64,000 nt of DNA. It comes from Lama glama (taxonomy: Eukaryota). Below are positions 14,038-26,540 of this stretch, one piece after another. The position numbers were made by a program, and so were the translations under genes. Within the stretch, counting starts at the first letter, position 1. Each line of letters opens with the position of its first letter. The notes under the pieces were generated by a model, which was given only the letters and a program-made list of their open reading frames with translations, was not told where the DNA came from and ran no database searches. The DNA is taken from contig CM052816.1 of NCBI GenBank assembly GCA_028534125.1, forward strand, positions 8,744,001-8,808,000, given 5' to 3'.

Positions 14038-16237
14038 AATTCTCTCCAACTTAACCAAGATTAGTTATCTATGTGGAAATATAAAATTCCAAGGGCTTTA
14101 TAATGAAATGTAAATCATGTATATCATTTAACTATTCAAAAATTGTATCTTTTTCATTCATTCAAATGTCAAAAAAAAAAAAAACCCATGAACTTTTCTT
14201 CCTGAATGCTAAAAATTAGATTTTAACCTTTGTCTCTGAAGTGTGGGTTTTTGTAATACATGTGCTTGTGCCAGTGTGGAAACCACTGACATATCTGTCA
14301 CCATGGCGTTAACATTTGCTGACTGAGCATGGTTGATAATGAGAATTCTTCAGTCCTTGGATTTGTGTATTCAAAAGGATAATTTGGGGCGTGCTTCAAA
14401 AGTAGTTTACAGTTTTTATTTGGATGCCAAGTTGGGTGAGTTCTCCACCCCTCTTCTCCCCTTTTTAAGGAAAATAGAGACAAGTGAAATGAATATTCAT
14501 ACATTATTGAGGGGAGGTCCCAGAATGATTGAATTTATTGGGTCATTGGGTTTTAGCTAGTGACGTATGATTGCAGTTAGAAACTAATTATGTTGAATTT
14601 TTTCTGCAATGATTAGTTTTACTGAGTGAATTGCTTTACCGATTTCAATGTTGAGCTCGGGCAGACAGGCAGCATTGGCAATGCACTAAGCATGTTGTGA
14701 TCTGATGATCTGATAGAAATTTGTCAACTTCAGGACAACTTGGGGGCTTTTTGGGGTTTTTTGTGTTTTTTTGTTTTGTTTTTGGAAGGATTATTCCCAT
14801 GTGTTTTATTAAACCATTAGGGAATGTTTGGTGTTTTTAGGTCTAGCTATAAATGTTTACCTTTGTTTGCCTGTATGAATGCCAACTTAGAGCCATTACC
14901 ATTAGAACTGGTGTTATTTGTTTATGTGTGAGACATTAATGTTGTTCTGACCAAGTTTTAGGAAATCTAAGGGGTTTTTTTGTTGTTGAAAGCTTAGCTT
15001 TAAATAATAAAAGGTGTTTAAATCTACATATAACCTTTCTTGCCATTCCCAAATTGCATCTTTTTGTTTTTAATATTATGTGGCTTCTCTTTTTGAAGCA
15101 TCCAGGTTCTTAATTTTCATTGTATAACCTGGTAATTTAATTGAAAAAAAAATTACTGGTCTTAATTTTGGGGGGCACTTTTGTTAGCTGACCCTAATAT
15201 TTTGACCATTTCCCAAGCCCTTTTCCTTCCCATTTTCTTTCTGCTAAAGATCCATTATCATGTGATCCGTGTTCTGCATGTTGACATTGCAGTACATGGT
15301 TTTTGTTTTAAATTTAATGATGGCCTAGATAATTCCTCTTTGCTCCCCCCTCCTTTAAAAATAGCTTATTAATCACATAGTTGTGTTAGAAGTCCAAATT
15401 GCTTAGTGATATGTAAACCTTTATAGAATCTTGTGTCCTCTTTTAGAGATAGTAAAGAATATTGTGAAGCTGCTTTGCTGCCATACAGATTCAGAGAGAC
15501 CCAGTGGTAAAAATGCAGTGTTTACCTAAGGTTCAGATTCTAAATGTTGTTCTTGAACATTTTGGATTAGTGTTTGTTTATGTAGTTGGTTTTTAGTGTT
15601 TTCTGTATTGTAGTTTAAAAAATGCCAATTGTATGAGACTGGATTCTTGGTAGCTCGTTCCAGTAGTTTTCTGTTTGTGGGAAAGAGTGGAGGGGGTGCT
15701 TTTGAGGTTGATTTTTAAAGTCAAATTTCTTATTTGGAAAATTGTTCTGAATTTGATATTTAGGAGTAGTCACTCCAGTCTTAGTGAATTTACTCATCTC
15801 TTCCAGTAATCAGCCCTGCATGCTTATGAAAATAAATTTTAAGGTGACTAAATGCCTTCTACCTCTTCCTTACTGAAGATTTTTTCCCTTGTACAATATT
15901 TTTTTGGGGGAAGGGCAGATTGTGGTACCAAAGATTACAGATCCAAATTCCCCAGTTTTGATTAAAAAATTAAAGAGCCAAATGTCACCATTGCTATCCC
16001 TGTTTCAGGCAGTGACACAATATAGTGGCATTAAAAACCTGAGTAAAGAATTCAAATGTTCTTAAGCATGTGATTCTTATTTGGAAAACTGAGAAGCTAC
16101 AGTGCTTGGTGGAAGAAGGATGGCATTTGGCTACCCTGTTCTTTCTCTAATGCCTCGGTGTTGCCTGTCTGCGCCGGCCATTGTTGCAATGTAAGCAATA
16201 CTGTTTGATGCACTGCCACCCTCTATTGTCTGTTTAG

Positions 16238-16321
16238 TGTTTAGAATCTCCAGTGGGGAAGAGGAAAAGAAGCATGACTGTTAGTACTTCTCAGGACCCA
16301 TCTTTCTCAGGATTAAACCAG
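16238..16321 (+). CDS. CSNK1A1: Alternative 'L' cassette exon (84 nt, 28 aa): CLESPVGKRKRSMTVSTSQDPSFSGLNQ, containing the basic NLS
   Basis: tgtttag acceptor, weak donor CAG|GTCTGA, frame-preserving; translation matches the known CK1-alpha-L insert. Confidence 0.95.
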
Positions 16322-19300
16322 GTCTGAAACTGTCTCCTATTCCAACCTCAATCCCAAATTCATGTGCTTTTCTTTTTTATTGTTTTATTTTGATTATTTT
16401 TGTTTTGTTTTAATTCTGGAGAATGTAGATCTTACTCAAGCACCTCTTACGTTGGCATTATTCAGACATACTTGGCAAACATATAACATTACTAAGATGT
16501 TTCTTTGTGGCTTTTGCTTAAAGCTTCCAAAGTTTAGAGAAAACCTAAATGAAAACAGGGTTATGTTTAGATCTCTAACATCCACATGAAGAAATATGTT
16601 GGTGTATTGAAATTCTTTACCTAATGGTAAACTTGAAGTAGACTGTTTAGTTTTTTAAAATGTATTTGGAGTTGCAGAACTTAATGCATGAAATTATATA
16701 CATCTAAATTCAGTTGCATCAGTGCTGTGTGATGAATGTATTCTGCCTCAGCTATCTTCCCCTTCCCTAATGATCTTCAGGTAAGTGTAGATCAGATTTC
16801 AGATCTAGTGTTTCCAGAATTGATTTACCTCAATGTGAATTCTCTCACCTTCAACCAAGTGGCAAAAAATGCTTAAAGAGCATTATATGTTCTGGAACTG
16901 GAATACATTGTATTCTAATATATATCTAATAATGGTAATATAATTGAAGCACTTATCAATTCCCATTAGTAGCACATAAGATATATTAAACAAATGCATA
17001 ACCTGATTTAGTGTTAGCAGGCTAGATAAACATTTCAATAATTTTCTAATTTTTTTTAATGTAAGCAGAACTCTTCACATTTTATTTTAGTTTTATAGGA
17101 TTTATATAGCTTTATTACTATATTAATTTCCAGATAAGGGAAAATAGCTTTAAAAAAACACATTTAGGTTTGTAAATTTTGAAGCTCCTAAACAAAAGAA
17201 TTTTTATCATTCAATTTAGTATATACTGAGGAAGTATTGGCATGAGCAATCAAAGATGCATTTGATGTGTGAGCATACTTTATAGTTCCTTAATTAAATC
17301 ACATACATCATCTGGGTAATCATTTCATCCATTTCTATACTGCCCAGTATTATTTCAAGGACTACATTCTCCTGCTGCTAGAAAGGTTTCAGAAATTCAA
17401 TTTTATTTTTATTCACAAATACCAACTGTGGTGCCTAGATCTTGGTTGGGCAGAGAGGTGTAACATGGTGGGTAATTAGGTACACTGTAAAGCATCTGTA
17501 CTGCCCTGTTTCTACTTATCCATACATTTGCACGTTTTTACTTAAAATATAAGTATAACATAATCATTTAATAATTTCCATAAAATTGTATTGAATTGGT
17601 CATACTCTTTACATATAGTTTATCTGGATTATGAGAAAAAGTGACCTTGTGAATTTTTTGGAAGGACAGGGAAATGTGACCCCTGGTTAAGAGAAAAACT
17701 GCTTCAAATGCCAAAAACTAAAATTGGCAGTAATGTTTCTGAAGTGCACCTCTGATAAGTAGAGTTATCTCAGTATAGCCAACGTTAACTCATTTCTACA
17801 TGCCTTTGAAGAATATGCTGCATTCTTTAAAACAGGCACAAATTTTGCTTAGAACATGTAGTTAAAATTCATAGAAAAGCAACTTGACATACCAAAGAGA
17901 TTAGACTTCTCTTTGCATCTGCAAATCTATAAGAATATATTGTTTTACTACTTATTGAATACTGATTTTTCCTTGTTTGGTTTTACCTTTGCATATTTGT
18001 AGCTGTTTGCTTATATCCTTGGTATTACATGGTTTCATTACACTTTCATTATATGTTTTATTTATTTTAAATTCAAAATGTAAAGAGTTACTAAGGAAGC
18101 CTGATAGGTGCTAGAAGATAATGTACTATCAAGAGATTTAAAATTTTTTTATTTTAAGTAGTTTTCCTTTTGGTTGTTTGCTCTTAAAATGGATACCTTT
18201 GTTTAGCAGTAGCATTACTTTTCCTGGCTTATTTTCAGTTTTTATAAGGAAATTTAAAATTTGTTTGCTTTGTTGTTTTTTGCTTTGATATTAAAAATTG
18301 AGATACATAAGGAAAATAGTGTCTACATTTTTTATTTTCTTAATAAGTTAGATTTCTTCCTTTAGAGTTGTATAAGAAAAGAACTCTCTAGTGAACACCT
18401 AATCTTTATAAAGTAGTCTTTTAATTGTGATAAAATGATTACTGAGTTGCAAATGGAGCTACTAAAAGTAGCTTTAGACATGAATGTTACCATCAGACAT
18501 AATCATGTCAAAGTTGTTCCTATTATTTTTCTCCTCCATTTTAGGGGTAGTAAAGGAAGCAATCCTAGAAAATAACCCTTAGAGAAGAGTCTATGTCCGA
18601 ATCACTTTTCATTTATAACCCACATAATTTCTTAAGGTTCATTTTAAAGTACCATAACGCTGGATGTCCTTTTATATTTGTTTTCCTTTGTTCGCTTTTC
18701 AGTGTGAATCTGTTGAACTTAGTCATACTTTTTTTTGTTTCACCTAAGAGTGTATTTTGCTCATTTTAATATTTGTATACTGAGCTAATTTTCATACCAA
18801 AAGAAACAAGAGTATGAGCTTTATTTCTCTTAGTGTTTTATAACATTTACTTTCATATTTCTATTTTATAATAACTCAGTTACTTAAGAAGTGGGTTTTT
18901 TAAAAGTGAGTTTAATCATACTAGAGAGCTCTCATCCAGTTACATTTTACTAAAACTTTAGTCTTCATTCTTTTGTAGTAGACCAAGAGAAATAAGTATT
19001 TCATTGTTACCATGGTTTATAGAAGCTCAAACCTCAGTCTTTGCCATTCAACAGATAACTAAGACAGTATCTTAGTTATTTTTCATCCTCCTAAAAGAAG
19101 CACTTGGTCATATCTTTTTCAGCTAAATCAGTAACTTGCTTAATTTATTTTTTGATGTAAACCCTAAGTCTAGGTGATCAGGTTTCCCAGCGCATCTCAG
19201 ACTGTAACCTTCGGCATAAGGGACCTTGTGTCGCCCTAATGAGAAGAACTACAAAATTTAGGTATAACTAGAAAAAAATAGTGTAGGGCTACATAGTATA

Positions 19301-20409
19301 AGGGCACAGAGACCTGCTTTGCTTGATAAACTTTATAGATATAACCCATAGTAAGTGATTAATGAAAAAGTCTAAAATTTTAAGTTAAGCTTATTTTGCT
19401 TTAGAAAGTAGGTAAATATGAATATATTTTGGGTTTGGGGTAGTTTTTTGTTGTTTTGTTTTGTTTTGGCTTATTTTGTGGGTTTTTTTGTTGTTTTGTT
19501 TAAGAATACTTTTGTTTGGTTTTTTTCTTCCTCTTGTAAAGGTTTTAATCATGGAGAGTAAACCTGAATTGCTTTTAACAATTAGCTATATTAAAAATGA
19601 GTACCTTATTCCCTGTGTACCATATAAATGAGATATAGCTCTAAGTATTATTTTGTTCTAAAATGCTAGTTTGGTGTTTTTGTTTGTTTATCTAGTTTGG
19701 TTTTTAGTTAGCTCATTTAAACTGTTGTAAGCCACTTGATTTAAATAAATACTGAAGTACTTTTTTTAAGATTTTAGATCAACTTGTTATGTTTTCTAGA
19801 AGTTTAAACTTACCATGTGCATAACTAAATGTCAGTTGGAAATGAAATGCATGCTTATTTTATAAATGCTTATTTTTAGTAAATAAAAATCTTGGTTTTG
19901 TTGTCAGTATCAAACTTCCAGAGTTGTCTTACTTTAGATAACCAACATTCTGTTTGCATACTAGGGAGTGGCCCTTGTTAAATGGAAGAGTTCCAGATAG
20001 TTTTTCATATTTAGTTTTTAAAATCCCATGCTTGTTTACTAGTAGTAACAGGATGTCAGCTTCATTATGGCACACAGCACACCTGTCAACAACTCTGCTA
20101 TTCAAGCCATGCATACATTTCCCCACTACTTTAGAAATTCTGAAGACAGGCTCCTGAGTGTGTAATGAACTGAGCCTATGAAATTGTTCCGCTGACAAGG
20201 ATCAACCATTTAACTTTTTTTATCTTGCTTTTTTGATACGGACTAGTAAAAGACGATTGGAGTGTTGAGTTTGTTCATTATCTGTTCTACTTATGATGTT
20301 TTATTTTGATACAATTGAACAAAGTAGAATAGAGATGCCATTTAATGAATAAGAAGCAGTTTAATTGAACAAGGTTGGAAACCTAATGTCTCTTTATTTT
20401 CTTTTAAAG

Positions 20410-20549
20410 TTATTCCTTATTGATTTTGGTTTGGCCAAAAAGTACAGAGACAACAGGACTAGGCAACACATACCTTACAGAGAAGATAAAAATCTCACTG
20501 GCACTGCTCGATATGCTAGCATCAATGCACATCTTGGTATTGAACAGAG
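20410..20549 (+). CDS. CSNK1A1: CK1-alpha exon 5 (140 nt): [46 protein letters not shown](S)
   Basis: AAG acceptor ending 20409, GAG|GTGAGT donor, DFG motif and CK1-specific SIN motif. Confidence 0.98.
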
Positions 20550-21294
20550 GTGAGTTTGAAAATTGAATTTTTATCAAATTCATAGCAAAAACCATTAACG
20601 GGTTTTAGAAATATTTTAATTAGATTCTTAAAATTTTTTAAGATGTCTCTTGGCTGAAGATTTGAAGAATGCTCATTAATCCTTTTTATCTGCTGGTTGA
20701 GACAATAAAGAGAAGCCAATTAAATGAGGCCTCTTTTTTTTTTTTGGAAGGTTGTCTCTTGGGGAGAAAATATTACATGATGGAAAGTTAAAGGATAAAT
20801 GCAACTTTAGTTTATTTTTACAGCTGAAGACAGTTCTTATTTTCTTAATACTGATCTTGGGCTTTTTATATTTTAGTGATGCAAGTTGAGTTTTGGGGAA
20901 CAATGTATTGGTTTTTTTTTTTTTACAAGGAAAATGTTACCCTAGTGAACCAAAAGGGTATTGGTGGACTAGCTTCTGTTCTACTCTTCTAGTCCTACAT
21001 AAATTAATAGGATTTGATTTAAACATTGTCATAATTTCTATGCTTTCTATTTTTTGACCTGGGTTCTAGTTTTTCATCTACCTTCATCTTTCATCAGTCT
21101 TGTTTTTGTTTTTGTTTTCTTAAAACAAGCATAGAAATGACATATTACATGCTTTCAGATTAGGGGACTTCATGAGAAGAGTTTTAAGCTTAGGAAATAA
21201 CCATGAGTATCTGAATACCTTGAATTAAACTATAATTTCACATCTTCTGTAAGCCAGTGTATTACCAATCCTTAAATACATGTTTCTGTCTGAA

Positions 21295-21315
21295 TGTGTG
21301 TGTGTGTGTGTGTGT
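21295..21315. repeat. (TG)n microsatellite
   Basis: Directly visible. Confidence 0.9.
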
Positions 21316-21747
21316 AAATATAAGTGTATGTTCATTTATATATTCATAAAGTTGTTTAATTAGCTTTAAAATATTAATTTATTTCAGCATCCCTAAATTA
21401 TCTTTGTGAGCTTCTGCAAAACTTGTGTGTCCTAATACGTGGTTCTTCCATCTTTATTAGTAACCTCATTTAGAAAATTATTTGGCTAAATTCTTTTCGT
21501 TTTTCTTAAAAATTAAATATCTGGATGATGTTGTGTTTTATAGTTTTGGATCCTATAAGAAAATTTTGTTTAGAAGTAACCCATTATGAACTTCTTTTAA
21601 AAAATTACATAAACTAAGTAAGTTTTTCACTAGACACCAAATTAGTCTCTGTCCTTGCTTGGGAATATTTGTTCTTGTGTACCTGACTTACTTTCACATG
21701 TTCTTTACAGTAATTCCAGCTTACAAACTTACGTTTTCTTTCTCTAG

Positions 21748-21826
21748 TCGCCGAGATGACATGGAGTCATTAGGATATGTTTTGATGTATTTTAATAGAA
21801 CCAGCCTGCCATGGCAAGGACTAAAG
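21748..21826 (+). CDS. CSNK1A1: CK1-alpha exon 6 (79 nt): (S)[26 protein letters not shown]
   Basis: ttttctttctctag acceptor, AAG|GTAAGC donor, SRRDD and LPWQGL CK1 motifs; phase matches exon 5. Confidence 0.98.
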
Positions 21827-22867
21827 GTAAGCCAAACTGACGTTACCAGTGTTTTGGTTTTGTTTTAATAATACAAATATATATTGGAGATGACCTTTAA
21901 GGTCCCTTCCAAGTATGAGGTTTTCTGAGAGTGAATAACTTTATCTTTACCTTTTATTGGGAAAATTAAACCTGATTACTTCAATAGGAAATTCAGTAGG
22001 AAATAATAGACTACCACTGTCACACCTGAAGAACAGTTTCCTTTGCAACAATAAGCAGGTACCCCATGGGTAACCAGTAACTTTTTGGGATAGAGCTTGA
22101 CATGGGCTAAGAAGAGTGGAGACTGTCTCATTTTGATGTATTGCCATTATGCTGACAATCTATACTTTTATGTATAGTGGAACTGGTTTATCTAGTAATT
22201 CTAGCTGTATTATTTAGTTATCTTAACATTTTACTTCTTGCTATTAATTAGTTTTACCATTACTTTTGTGAGTATTTGTGTGTTAATGATGAAGTACTAT
22301 GTTCTAGAATTTAATGGCTATTTGATATTTTATTGGTCCTTTAAAGGAAAATGGTCCCTATATTTATTGAGTATCTGAGTTCAGTGTTGTGTAGGTAACA
22401 TTATCCAGTATGAATACTTTGTTGCAGAAACACTTTGACTTAACATCAATTATAAATGTCACTAAATCATGGGCACTTTTTTTGGAGGGATGGTATTGAT
22501 CTGCTTATATCTTTGCCCTGTTGTTGAATGTGGGTTAAGAAATCTTATTTCTCCCCCCCTTTTTCCCCCCAAAATCTCATTTCAAGTTTAACTCTACCCA
22601 TTTTTACTTAAATCATACATCTTGATGTTCCTGTTAGACTCACCCTTTCCTAATAACTAAAAACGTTCTTAAAGTAGGAAGTCATGTGAAAAGTTAACAG
22701 TTTAGGAAAAGAAAAATTTAGATGCATTATACTTGGAATTCTTTTTTATTCTAGGCTATGATTTCTCTTGAATATCAAATTTTACTTTTATGTCTAGTGT
22801 GTTAAACTAATAAGGTTCTTCTTAGTAGTGTTGAGTATGTCTGTGTGGTTTAATTCATTTTCCACAG

Positions 22868-22942
22868 GCTGCAACAAAGAAGCAAAAATATGAAAAAATT
22901 AGTGAAAAGAAGATGTCCACGCCTGTTGAAGTTTTATGTAAG
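22868..22942 (+). CDS. CSNK1A1: CK1-alpha exon 7 (75 nt): [25 protein letters not shown]
   Basis: ttttccacag acceptor, AAG|GTCAGT donor, in frame. Confidence 0.98.
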
Positions 22943-24329
22943 GTCAGTGTACATGATGAATTTTTTGGTTTTTTTTTAAATATGAGTGATCCCCAAAAAG
23001 GGAACATTTTACTTCTGTGCTCCAGAAGCTAAGCACCCTATTAGGTAGCTATTTTATTATTTCAAATTTAATTTTTGATGATCTAGATATCTCTAAGAAT
23101 AGCTTGAACATATGAGTCATTTTAAATAATTGTTTTATGTTTCTGGTTTGTTTGAGCCCTAAAATCTAATCTGTTCGAAATTGGAGGAAAAATAAGAAGG
23201 CAGGCAAATTTTTCTAATAGAACCATATCAATCCATGAGAAAATTAAAGTAAGAAATACTCCCCTTATCCCTAAACTGGTTCTAGAGAAGAAAGGATATC
23301 CACAATTGGAATATCAAGGAGTTAGGGAAACAAAGGCAGGCAGATCAGAACGGTCGAAATATAGCAAGTGTTTGACAGTATAGATGGCATCATAGATGAA
23401 TGAGGTTCATTTCTCTGAAATCTCAAACTTTATAGAGAGGCATGTGAGTTGAGAATGGAAAGATACTTGTTGTCATGATGGATTATCATGGTCCCTTTCA
23501 TAGAAAGAAGACCGCTGGTCATCTTTGTGACAGTTGCATACCTGAAATGATTAGAAGACCAAAATTATATAGTTGGGCGATAGAAGGGAGAAATCGGCAT
23601 GAATTGAAATAGTACTTTGTGGAAGAGGGGATATGGTGATGTTTTTATGCATCCACAAATTTGCTTTCTCTTTTCCTACACACCTACAGGAAAAGAGGGG
23701 ATGGTTTGGGAGAATATGATCTTTTGGGGCTCTTTGGGATTTGTTTTAAATTATGAAATATGTTTTAAGTTAATGAATAAAATATTCATGTTAATTGTCC
23801 TCCCCACCCAAATAACTTAAAAATCTTACACTTTAGGAAGCAAAACATTGTATTTTCTTACACTACTTACTTCCAAAGATTCATTGCCTTATCGGGAAAT
23901 TCAGCCATTTTTACAGGAAAAGAAAGGGAGGATTTGGTACATTCTCTACTTGTGGGCTACATCTTAATTTTGATCTTAAAAATTGTATACTATGTATTTC
24001 TGAATTAGAAACATAAAATTGATTCCAGGCACAGTGAACATGGCAGTATTAGGTATTACTTTAAGTAGTGGGATTGTTTTTAATCTCACGGTCCCGAGGC
24101 ACTTCTTATTTCATATGTGTAACGTTAAGTGGTGTTGGTGATTTTGTCAAGGTTTTGCCTGTTTTCATGTGACTGCGCATAAAATTCACTATTTGACCTT
24201 CAGTTCTTCAGTTGTCATTAACTCTGTTTGTAATACGTGTAAAAGCAAGTTCGTTTGCTAAATGCTGCTTATCATCAATACAGACCATGAATATATATTC
24301 AGAATTTAAAAGTCTTATTAAGTGTTTTT

Positions 24330-24950
24330 TAAACAATAAAAATGTACGGTATTTTAGTTTTAGCTGTCCCCTGAAAAATGAAACAGTATGAAAGTATTTT
24401 GTAAAAATTAAATCTATTTGCATCAATGCAATCAATAAAAATAAATGTTGCAGGTGTATACATTCTACCTTCTGGATGTGAAAAATTTCTCAAAAGCATA
24501 AGATTGTGGGAAGAGACTGCATCTTTTAACTCACCTCCCTTAACAATTCACATACACTCAAGGGGAGGAGTTGTATGGATTTTTGTTTTAATAATTTATT
24601 TCTACATTCCTGAGGGCGAAGTCCTTTGGTGACCAATATCTACAGCCTTAAAAATGTTTATATAAATCCTCAAGAATCTTTCCTAAGAAACCAGACAAGC
24701 AAAAAGTTCATGCCCATGGATGTACTTATTAGTGTTGTTTATAATAGAGAAAAATTGGAATCCCCTAAATGTCCAATTATAGGGAACAGGTTAATTATGA
24801 TATATTTGCTAGATCAAATAATATGCAGTGTTTTTGAAGTTCGTGAAGAGGTTGGAAATAACCTAGAAGAATGCTTGCAATCTGTTAATGGGAAAAAGCA
24901 GGCTTTTATGAATGGAATTTAGTAACAGTTATGGGAAAAAGAAAAGACAA
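24330..24950 (+). mobile_element. Highly decayed L1M fragment
   Basis: gttgtttataatagagaaaaattggaatcccctaaatgtccaattataggga motif; boundaries approximate. Confidence 0.45.
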
Positions 24951-25488
24951 GCCTGGTCTGTTTGTAGGACATTGGATTGATCTATATCATAATAGCAGTT
25001 GCTTTGTATGATTGCACTCTTGGTGATTTGATTTTTCTGTGTATATATATTTCTCTACTACTATTAAAAAAGAAAAGTAATTTCAGAATGGAGTACCCAT
25101 TACTTACCTTGTTCTAGCAAAGAGCATTGCTGGCTTCCGTTTTGTCATTTGTTCATTGTTACCATCCAATTATTAGATACTCATAAAATAATAGATTAAC
25201 AAGTGGGATATCTGGATTATTTAAAAACATGATACAGGAAAAGGATACTTATTTTCTTCTACCAGTATTAAAAGATATTGTACATAAAAAGGTGCTCAGG
25301 ACGATAAAATTTTGTTAAACTTATGTGAATACCAAGTCATAGTATAGTTTTTTTAAGTTCTCAGATCTTCCAACAAAGTAGTAAAACATCCTCAAATACA
25401 GTTTTCACTTGTATTTAAATACCTCTTTTTTTCTGTCTTAAATAAATTTGTTTTTTTTTACTTTGTGTTTTAACTCTTAAACTTGTAG

Positions 25489-25595
25489 GGGTTTCCTGCA
25501 GAATTTGCCATGTACTTAAACTATTGTCGTGGGCTGCGCTTTGAAGAAGCCCCGGATTACATGTACCTGAGGCAGCTATTCCGCATTCTTTTCAG
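25489..25595 (+). CDS. CSNK1A1: CK1-alpha exon 8 (107 nt): [35 protein letters not shown](R)
   Basis: cttgtag acceptor, CAG|GTAGGT donor, in frame. Confidence 0.98.
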
Positions 25596-26540
25596 GTAGG
25601 TTTTTAAAACTATAAACTCCAGCGAGGGAAATTAGTTAAATCCACCCAACATTATCTATTCTGACAAGTAGCAAGTAAAATTATGTCTAATCCTTATGAA
25701 TAAAATGTTAACCTGTAAGTTTTGACATTTTTCCATTTCCAAATGTCGTTGAAATATTTCAGTTTGGGATGGAGAAACTGTTGAATCAGACTCAAAGTAG
25801 AGTATGTTTTCCACAATAGTTACACAATTCACATTAGATAAAAGTGGCTGTTGGTGGCACTTGGGACTCCCCAACTTGATAGAGAACTCTATTCAATTCT
25901 AGCTGAAGAGTAGTTGAAGTATCAGACGGTTACGGAGTTTATGACAGCGTAGGGGCAGGCCCAAACTTTGGGATCCCTAGGTGCAGCCCACAAATGGTCT
26001 TGGAACAAACTATATATGTAGAAAATAGAGTATATGTAGCTCAGAATCTTAGTTGGAAGAGAAGAATTAGAGGTAATCTCTAATTCCAGCAAAGTCTTTC
26101 CAAGCCACCAGCGTAGATGTCTCTTTCACAGACTTGCAGTCCTATGTCTACTCCGTATTATTTTTAGAAGGTACCTCCTATTCTCATTATCCCCCTGGAT
26201 AATTAATAGCTTGACTTGGTTTTAGTTGCTCATGTTTTCATTCCCACTCCCCTGCTCCTTTCAGGAAAGTTTAAAGGCAGCTTCTTTTTGAAAAGGGGAA
26301 GGATTTATTCTTCTTGAATACAGCAGACCAAAGTGGTGACATCATTTCTCTCCAATCATAACATGTAAAAAGTAGACTTAACTAAACAGTCATCTATAGG
26401 GAAAGAAATCTCTTAAAAGCTACCACACCTAAAAGATTTCATTTCCCTGAAAAATGCTCTCATTGTTTTGAAAGTTCAGTACAGTATTAAACTGGACCCT
26501 GTTACTAATGGATTGATGTATATAATTTTGTATTTTCCAG

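Noticed and set aside
10132..21868. ORF-track proteins at 10132, 20365 and 21659 as standalone genes
   Set aside because: They are CSNK1A1 exons read into flanking intron.
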